Source of the DNA: an uncultured Eubacteriales bacterium
Lineage (GTDB): Bacteria > Bacillota > Clostridia > Oscillospirales > Acutalibacteraceae
Length of the DNA stretch: 55,825 bases
Reading direction: 5' to 3'
Assembly (NCBI GenBank): GCA_964448455.1
Contig: CAYUWQ010000001.1
Coordinates: 1-55,825 of the forward strand
The translations under genes and the position numbers were made by a program. A model generated the notes under the pieces. It was given only the letters and a program-made list of their open reading frames with translations, was not told the origin of the DNA and did no database searches. Shown here one piece after another: positions 50,519 through 55,825 of this stretch (position 1 is its first letter; the number at the start of each line of letters is the position of its first letter).

Positions 50519-52037
50519 AGACGGATGGAAAATATTCAAAAGCGGCAGCGATATCAGAGGGTATGGTATCGCCTGCGGCAGTGAACCGCTTTATCTGAGT
50601 GAGTACATTGTTGCTCAAATCACATACGGTTTTGCCTGCTGGCTTAGTGAAAAACTGACAACAGATTTGGACAGGCTTGTCGTTTCGGTTGGCCATGATT
50701 CAAGGATTTCCGCACCGCATTTAAAAAAATGGGTGATTGAAACTTTAACGGGCGCGGGCGTGTATGTAATTGACTGCGGTCTTTCCTCAACACCCGCCAT
50801 GTTTATGACAACGGTGGATTTGAAGTGCGGCGGTGCCGTCCAGATAACCGCAAGCCATCATCCGTATGACCGCAACGGCTTTAAGTATTTTACGCCATCC
50901 GGCGGACTGGAGGGCGAAAACATTGAAGAAATACTCGAAATTGCCCAACATAACCAACCTGCCGCTTCAACCTCGACGGGTGTGGTTGAAACGGTCGATT
51001 ATATGGACATGTATGCCGCTAAACTCAGAGCGATGATCTGCCGTGAAGTGGATGACGATACGGATTATGGAAAGCCTTTGCGCGGATATAAAATTGTCGT
51101 GGATGCTGGCAATGGTGTCGGCGGTTTTTACGCGTCAAAGGTATTGGCGCCGCTGGGTGCCGATGTCGGCGGCAGTCAATTCCTTGACCCGGACGGCACT
51201 TTTCCGAACCATAGGCCAAACCCGGAAAATAAAGAAGCAATGGATTCCGTCAGCGCTGCTGTGAGAAATACGGATGCCGACCTTGGTGTGATATTTGACA
51301 CCGATGTGGACCGGGCGGGCTGCGTGGGCAAAGGCGGGTTGGAAATCAACCGCAACCGCTTGGTGGCGCTCGCCGCCGCAATAACGCTGGAAAATAATGC
51401 CGGCGCGACAATTGTGACAGACAGCATCACCTCGGACGGATTAACGGCATTTATTGAGGCGCAAGGCGGGAAACACCTGCGCTATATGCGCGGTTATAAG
51501 AATGTTATAAACAAACAAATCGAGTTGAATGGCAACGGAGTCAACTGCCCGCTGGCAATCGAAACATCGGGTCACGCAGCGTTTAAAGACAATTATTATC
51601 TGGATGACGGCGCTTATCTGGTAACCAAACTGATCATCAAAATGGCGGTGCTGGGCAGACAAAATAAGCGGTTGAATCATCTCATTGACCGGTTGGAAGA
51701 ACCGTTGGAAGATATCGAAGTCCGGTTCCAAATTAAAGGAAATGATTTTAAGCATTACGGCGAACAGGTTATTGACGCGATTAAACACGCGGCGGAAAGC
51801 CGTAATGGCTGGCAGCCCGCTGAGAAAAACTATGAGGGTATCAGGGTGTCTACCGCGCATGGCGAGGGCGACGGCTGGTTTCTTTTACGGTTGAGTGTAC
51901 ATGATCCCGTTATGGTGCTTAATGCCGAAAGCAATTCCGCCGGCGGTGTAAAAAAGATGCTTGCGGGGCTTTCCGGGGTGTTTGGGCAATTTGAACTGCT
52001 GGATACTGCCGGGCTGGAAAACGCAATGAATGGGTAG
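50511..52037 (+). CDS. Alpha-D-phosphohexomutase (phosphoglucomutase/phosphomannomutase family)
   Basis: The active-site loop is VQITASHHPYDRNGFKYF, with His where most members have SHNP. The Mg site is FDTDVDR and the sugar loop is AIETSGHAAF. Confidence 0.85.
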   Translation: MLEDGWKIFKSGSDIRGYGIACGSEPLYLSEYIVAQITYGFACWLSEKLTTDLDRLVVSVGHDSRISAPHLKKWVIETLTGAGVYVIDCGLSSTPAMFMTTVDLKCGGAVQITASHHPYDRNGFKYFTPSGGLEGENIEEILEIAQHNQPAASTSTGVVETVDYMDMYAAKLRAMICREVDDDTDYGKPLRGYKIVVDAGNGVGGFYASKVLAPLGADVGGSQFLDPDGTFPNHRPNPENKEAMDSVSAAVRNTDADLGVIFDTDVDRAGCVGKGGLEINRNRLVALAAAITLENNAGATIVTDSITSDGLTAFIEAQGGKHLRYMRGYKNVINKQIELNGNGVNCPLAIETSGHAAFKDNYYLDDGAYLVTKLIIKMAVLGRQNKRLNHLIDRLEEPLEDIEVRFQIKGNDFKHYGEQVIDAIKHAAESRNGWQPAEKNYEGIRVSTAHGEGDGWFLLRLSVHDPVMVLNAESNSAGGVKKMLAGLSGVFGQFELLDTAGLENAMNG

Positions 52038-52097
52038 TTGTGCCGTAAAAAACGGCTGAAATAGTATAAAAAATACCGGAATAGAAGGAGCAAAATA

Positions 52098-53078
52098 ATG
52101 TTGAATGTTGCGATGCTGAGCAAGTGGCATGTACACGCGGAAGGATATGCCAGGCAAATCAAGGAATACGGCGCGAAAATTACCTGCGTTTGGGATGAAA
52201 ATGCCGAAAGGGGAGCGGAATGGGCAAAACAGCTTGAAGCGGACTTTGAGCCGGACCTCGACCGGCTTCTGTCCAGGGCGGATGTTGAGGCGGTTGCGTG
52301 TTGCGCGCCGACCGCGATGCACAAGGATGTTCTCGTAAAAGCCGCCAATGCCGGCAAGCATATTTTCACCGAAAAAGCGCTTGCGCCAACGGTTGCCGAA
52401 TGCGATGAAATCGCCGCGGCGGTGAAAGCAAACAATGCAAAGTTTCTCATCTCCATGCCTTGGCGATGCAAGCCGGAGCTGCTCTACGCAAAAAAAGTAA
52501 TTGAAGAGGGCCTTTTGGGCGACCTGACAATGGTCCGTATCCGCAACGCCCATAACGGCGCGACCGCGAACTGGTTACCGGCGTATTGGTATGACGAAAA
52601 GATGGCTTGCGGAGGCGCAATGATGGATTTGGGCTGTCACCCCATGTATGAGGCGAGTTATTTGTGCGGCAGACCTGCAAGAGTAACATCAATTTTTAAC
52701 ACCATTACCGGCAGAGAAGTTGACGACAACGCTGTCAGCGTTATCGAGTTTAAAAATAAATGCATAGCAGTACTCGAAACTGCACTTGTCAGCTTTAATT
52801 CGCCATCGGCATTTGAACTGTACGGTACGGAAGGCACCTTGATAGAAAGAGACGGCAGTTTCAGGATCGCAAGCGCTCATCTTGAAAACTCGGGGTTTGA
52901 ACCCATAAAAGAAATGCCAAATGAATTGCCGAGTCCGATTGTTATGTTCCTGGATGCCTGCACAAAGGGAACGCCAATTGAATTCGGCCTTGAAGCCGCG
53001 CGCGACCTGTCCGAATTGCTTGAAATGGCGTACATTGCACACAAACAAAACACAGTCGAGGGATTTGATGAGGTATAA
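52098..53078 (+). CDS. Gfo/Idh/MocA family NAD(P)-dependent oxidoreductase
   Basis: The N-terminal Rossmann region is VAMLSKWHVHAEGYA. The consensus EKP-type motif appears as HIFTEKALA. The C-terminal alpha/beta domain is present. Confidence 0.85.
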   Translation: MLNVAMLSKWHVHAEGYARQIKEYGAKITCVWDENAERGAEWAKQLEADFEPDLDRLLSRADVEAVACCAPTAMHKDVLVKAANAGKHIFTEKALAPTVAECDEIAAAVKANNAKFLISMPWRCKPELLYAKKVIEEGLLGDLTMVRIRNAHNGATANWLPAYWYDEKMACGGAMMDLGCHPMYEASYLCGRPARVTSIFNTITGREVDDNAVSVIEFKNKCIAVLETALVSFNSPSAFELYGTEGTLIERDGSFRIASAHLENSGFEPIKEMPNELPSPIVMFLDACTKGTPIEFGLEAARDLSELLEMAYIAHKQNTVEGFDEV

Positions 53079-53961
53079 GAACAAAACATTGATTTCCGAG
53101 CTCAGTTTGCTCGGCATTGCATTTATTTGGGGCGCCGGGTTCATTGTTGTTAAAAACTCACTTGAGTCCATCACCCCGTTGTGGCTTATGGCGGCGAGGT
53201 TTTTGGTAGCTGCCGTTGCGATTTCGGTTGTATTTTACAAAAAAATTAAAATGATAGATAAAGGCAGTCTAAAGGCAGGCATTCTATGCGGTGTTTTTAT
53301 CTATTTTGCTTTTGCGTTTCAAACAGTGGCCATTCAATATACAACGGCCAGCAAAAACGCGTTGTTGACGGCAACCTATGTTGTTTTCGTGCCGTTCATT
53401 TTCTGGGTACTTATTAAGACAAAACCAAAGGTTACACAGATTGCCGCGGCGTTTCTCTGCTTTGCCGGTATTTTTATGCTAATGTTCAACGGCACTTTCG
53501 GCAATGTGAATTTAGGCGATGTATTAACGGTTATATGCGGATTGTTGTTTGCGTTTCAAATTGCTCTTTTGGGTATTTATTCAAAGAAATATGATACCAT
53601 TGTGCTGACCATTGTCCAAATGGCTACCTGCGCCGTAATCGGCCTGGTGCTCGCTTTGGTTTTCGATGAGGTGCCCAAACAAGTGAGCGGCTCAACGGTG
53701 GGTTCAGTTTTGTATTTGGGTCTGCTGAGCACTTGCCTTGCCTACCTTGTGCAGACCGTGGCGCAGAAATATACGACGCCTTCGCACACCTCGCTGATTA
53801 TGAGTATGGAGTGTGCCATCGGCTGCATCCTTTCGGTTATCATTTTTAAGGATGTTTTCACCCCGCTGATGTGGGCGGGCAGTGTGCTGACATTCGGCTC
53901 GGTCATTTTATCCCAGCGCAGCAGCAGAAAAGAGCTTTCAAAAGCGATATTAAGTGAGTAA
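53068..53961 (+). CDS. DMT superfamily (EamA-like) transporter
   Basis: I set the start at ATG 53068, overlapping the upstream stop. It has ten predicted TM helices in two EamA repeats, with LLGIAFIWGAGFIVVK near the N-terminus. Confidence 0.85.
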   Translation: MRYKNKTLISELSLLGIAFIWGAGFIVVKNSLESITPLWLMAARFLVAAVAISVVFYKKIKMIDKGSLKAGILCGVFIYFAFAFQTVAIQYTTASKNALLTATYVVFVPFIFWVLIKTKPKVTQIAAAFLCFAGIFMLMFNGTFGNVNLGDVLTVICGLLFAFQIALLGIYSKKYDTIVLTIVQMATCAVIGLVLALVFDEVPKQVSGSTVGSVLYLGLLSTCLAYLVQTVAQKYTTPSHTSLIMSMECAIGCILSVIIFKDVFTPLMWAGSVLTFGSVILSQRSSRKELSKAILSE

Positions 53962-53981
53962 TCATTTATACAAGAAAGAAG

Positions 53982-55160
53982 ATGGGAACTGTGAGAAAAA
54001 GGATTAAAACGGTTATTGCGGTTGCGCTGGTTTTTCTGCTGATGAGCTCTTTCGTCAGCCTGCCGTTCGCGAAAGATGTAAGCGGGGAGGCCGGGGACTT
54101 GCGATTTAATTCAAACGGTAAGTTTACAATTATGCAAATTGCCGATCCGCAGGATAATGAAAACCCGCGCAAGGCGATGCTGGATATGCTCAATGCCGCG
54201 TATGACAAAGTGGAACCGGACCTGGTCATTTTCACCGGGGATAACATGCTCGGCAGAATTGCGGAAAACAAGAGCGCACAAAAGGCATACGAAGTTGTTG
54301 AAGAAGCGCTCGGCTATCTAATCCGGCCGCTGGAAGACAGGGGAATACCCTTTGCTGTAACTTTCGGCAATCATGATGACCAATGCGGGATTTCTAAAGA
54401 AGAGCAGGTTAAAATCTATCGCCGCTATTCAAACTGTGTCGGGTTCAATGATGCGGACCCTTCCATAGGCCGCAGTACCTTTAATCTGCCGGTTTGGAGT
54501 TCCGATGGACAAAAAGTATTCTATAATCTTTGGCTGATGGAATCCGGCGGGTTGGATGAAAACGGGAATTACTTTGAATATGTCAGCACGGCGGCGCTGG
54601 ATTGGTACAAGGCAAAAAGCAATGAAATGAAAGCAGCAAACGGCGGAGAGCCGATCATGTCGCTGATGTTTCAGCACATACCTGTAACCGAGACTTACGA
54701 ATTACTCAGTGAGGTTGGCAAAGGTACGAAGGGCGCTGTTGCCAAGGATGGCAAATACTATATACTCAATAAGGCATTAGCAAACGGGTTTCTTGGCGAG
54801 AGCCCGTGTGTAACTCAGCAGAATTTTGGGCAGTTTGACACAATAGCCGCGCAGAGTGATGTCAAAGCCATTGTCTTTGGCCATGACCATGTCAATTCGT
54901 TTATCGGCAACCTGCGCGGCGTGGACATTATTCAAACGCCCGGCGCTTCTTTCCGGTCATACGGCAATGATTTACGGGGCGTTAGAGTATTTGAAATTGA
55001 CGAGAACGATACGCAAAACTATCAAACCTATACCTTGGATTTCTATGATTTAATGGGGAATGGTTTAAAACAAAAACTTCAATTCATCTTCAGCGCTGAT
55101 GAGAAAATACCGCTTAGAATCGCCGTATGCCTTTTCCCGGTAATCATGCTTTTTCTCTAA
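53982..55160 (+). CDS. Secreted calcineurin-like metallophosphoesterase with a C-terminal hydrophobic anchor (paralogue of 35008-36123)
   Basis: The N-terminus has a signal/anchor VIAVALVFLLMSSFVSLPFA. The motifs are FTIMQIADPQD, VIFTGDNM, VTFGNHDD, FQHIP and VFGHDHV. The C-terminus is LRIAVCLFPVIMLFL. Confidence 0.8.
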   Translation: MGTVRKRIKTVIAVALVFLLMSSFVSLPFAKDVSGEAGDLRFNSNGKFTIMQIADPQDNENPRKAMLDMLNAAYDKVEPDLVIFTGDNMLGRIAENKSAQKAYEVVEEALGYLIRPLEDRGIPFAVTFGNHDDQCGISKEEQVKIYRRYSNCVGFNDADPSIGRSTFNLPVWSSDGQKVFYNLWLMESGGLDENGNYFEYVSTAALDWYKAKSNEMKAANGGEPIMSLMFQHIPVTETYELLSEVGKGTKGAVAKDGKYYILNKALANGFLGESPCVTQQNFGQFDTIAAQSDVKAIVFGHDHVNSFIGNLRGVDIIQTPGASFRSYGNDLRGVRVFEIDENDTQNYQTYTLDFYDLMGNGLKQKLQFIFSADEKIPLRIAVCLFPVIMLFL

Positions 55161-55200
55161 AGATTTATAGAAAATCTTAACACATCGCTCAAAAATAAAA

Positions 55201-55233
55201 AGCCGCCAATTATAAAAAATTGACGGCTTTTTT
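55201..55233. terminator. Bidirectional hairpin terminator
   Basis: aaaaaGCCGCCAATTataaaaAATTGACGGCtttttt gives a 10-bp stem with one mismatch. Confidence 0.65.
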
Positions 55234-55308
55234 GGTCCGAGTGACAAGACTTGAACTTGCGGCCTCTTGACCCCCAGTCAAGCGCGCTACCAGCTGCGCC
55301 ACACCCGG
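55233..55308 (-). tRNA. tRNA-Pro (anticodon GGG)
   Basis: The reverse complement is CCGGGTGTGGCGCAGCTGGTAGCGCGCTTGACTGGGGGTCAAGAGGCCGCAAGTTCAAGTCTTGTCACTCGGACCA. The loop is CTGGGGG. The C1-G72 pair and A73 are typical of bacterial tRNA-Pro. Confidence 0.9.
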
Positions 55309-55320
55309 ATAACGCTCAAA

Positions 55321-55349
55321 ATAATAACACAGATGCCGGGTTTTTGCAA
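55321..55349 (-). promoter_or_regulatory. Putative promoter for tRNA-Pro (TTGCAA, 17 nt spacer, TATTAT)
   Basis: On the minus strand, TTGCAA is at 55349-55344 and TATTAT at 55326-55321. It lies about 12 nt upstream of the tRNA 5' end. Confidence 0.5.
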
Positions 55350-55487
55350 GCAGATTGTCCTATATTATACAAAATATTTTATTCTTGAAAATATAGCTTA
55401 AAACAGAGTAAATCAAAGAAAAACAGTGAAAACAAGAGTATACGCAATCTAATATGCGATTATGCTTGGTTTTATGCTGACTTTTGC

Positions 55488-55516
55488 AAAAAATATATTG
55501 ACATTTGGGCGAAATC
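55488..55516 (+). promoter_or_regulatory. Putative promoter (TTGACA, 17 nt spacer, TATATT) for the ABC transporter gene
   Basis: TTGACA is at 55488-55493 and TATATT at 55511-55516. Confidence 0.55.
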
Positions 55517-55591
55517 AATTTATATTTGTATCTGTTGCATTGTTATTTATTTAATATATGCCGTCAAAAAGTTGCGAAAGGGGCTGCATAA

Positions 55592-55825
55592 TTGGAAGAA
55601 AACATCATCATTGACCTTAAAAATATTTCAATAAAATTTGGCGACGAACAGGTTTTAACGGATTTAAATCTGTTTATCCGTGATAAAGAGTTTGTTACAT
55701 TGCTCGGCCCCTCCGGCTGCGGCAAAACCACCACCCTGCGAATCATTGGAGGTTTTTTAGAGCCTGACAGCGGCGAAGTAATTTTTGAAAATAAAAACAT
55801 CAATGGTGTTCCGCCTCATAAAAGG
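55592..55825 (+). CDS. ABC transporter ATP-binding protein, N-terminal fragment (PotA/MalK-type importer ATPase; 3' end lies outside the window)
   Basis: The frame is open to the window edge and is not in the ORF track because there is no stop. It starts at TTG 55592 with AAAGGGG upstream. The translation is (M)EENIIIDLKNISIKFGDEQVLTDLNLFIRDKEFVTLLGPSGCGKTTTLRIIGGFLEPDSGEVIFENKNINGVPPHKR. Confidence 0.85.
   Translation, partial: MEENIIIDLKNISIKFGDEQVLTDLNLFIRDKEFVTLLGPSGCGKTTTLRIIGGFLEPDSGEVIFENKNINGVPPHKR

Noticed and set aside
51830-52553. Two long minus-strand ORFs (213 and 222 aa) spanning the phosphohexomutase / Gfo-Idh-MocA junction.
   Set aside because: Both are antisense to well-supported plus-strand genes and run across the intergenic region. 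They show no motifs or RBS, which is typical of shadow ORFs in moderately GC-rich coding DNA.
55564-55803. A 79-aa minus-strand ORF, the only ORF listed at the right-hand edge.
   Set aside because: The plus strand encodes an obvious ABC ATPase N-terminus (Walker A GPSGCGKTT) that is open to the window end. The listed ORF is its antisense shadow.
1-55825. Searched by eye for CRISPR arrays, tandem or interspersed repeats, IS elements, prophage genes, toxin-antitoxin pairs and known defence-system genes.
   Set aside because: None was recognised. The only recurrent sequence features are ordinary terminator hairpins and sigma-A-like promoter hexamers. A computational repeat search could still reveal short dispersed repeats that I cannot see.

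Overview
This window looks like a chromosomal segment of an anaerobic Firmicute (class Clostridia). A dockerin-bearing secreted protein and the overall gene content suggest an Oscillospiraceae/Ruminococcaceae-like organism, but that is inference only. I can support about 50 protein-coding genes and 5 tRNAs: Ser-GGA, a CAU tRNA, Trp-CCA, Lys-UUU and Pro-GGG. I found no rRNA, no CRISPR array, and no integrase, transposase or phage genes. Most of the window is core housekeeping. This includes the ruvB 3' end, glmM, ecfA-ecfA'-ecfT-truA, cvpA-like, a CDP-alcohol phosphatidyltransferase, a ClpC-type unfoldase, asd-dapA-dapB, queA-tgt-yajC, metA, M42 peptidases and a phosphohexomutase. The stand-out is nt 20997-24314, a single 1105-codon ORF. 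It fuses a short PflA-type radical-SAM activase (CX3CX2C) to a full-length eliminase-type glycyl radical enzyme (GCVEP loop, C-terminal RVAGY). It sits in an accessory-looking block next to two tRNAs, together with a frameshifted FAD oxidoreductase, a GDPD-like phosphodiesterase, a GPH-family transporter and a signal-peptide-less PI-PLC-like protein. Secondary curiosities are listed as findings. They include a Clp ATPase whose N-domain is replaced by a 4-Cys zinc ribbon, a 1053-aa dockerin protein of unknown function, a 796-aa lipoprotein, two secreted metallophosphoesterase paralogues, a free-standing ACT-domain protein in the dap operon and a zinc-ribbon/TM2 membrane protein. All functional calls rest on motifs read by eye from the translations; no database search was run.
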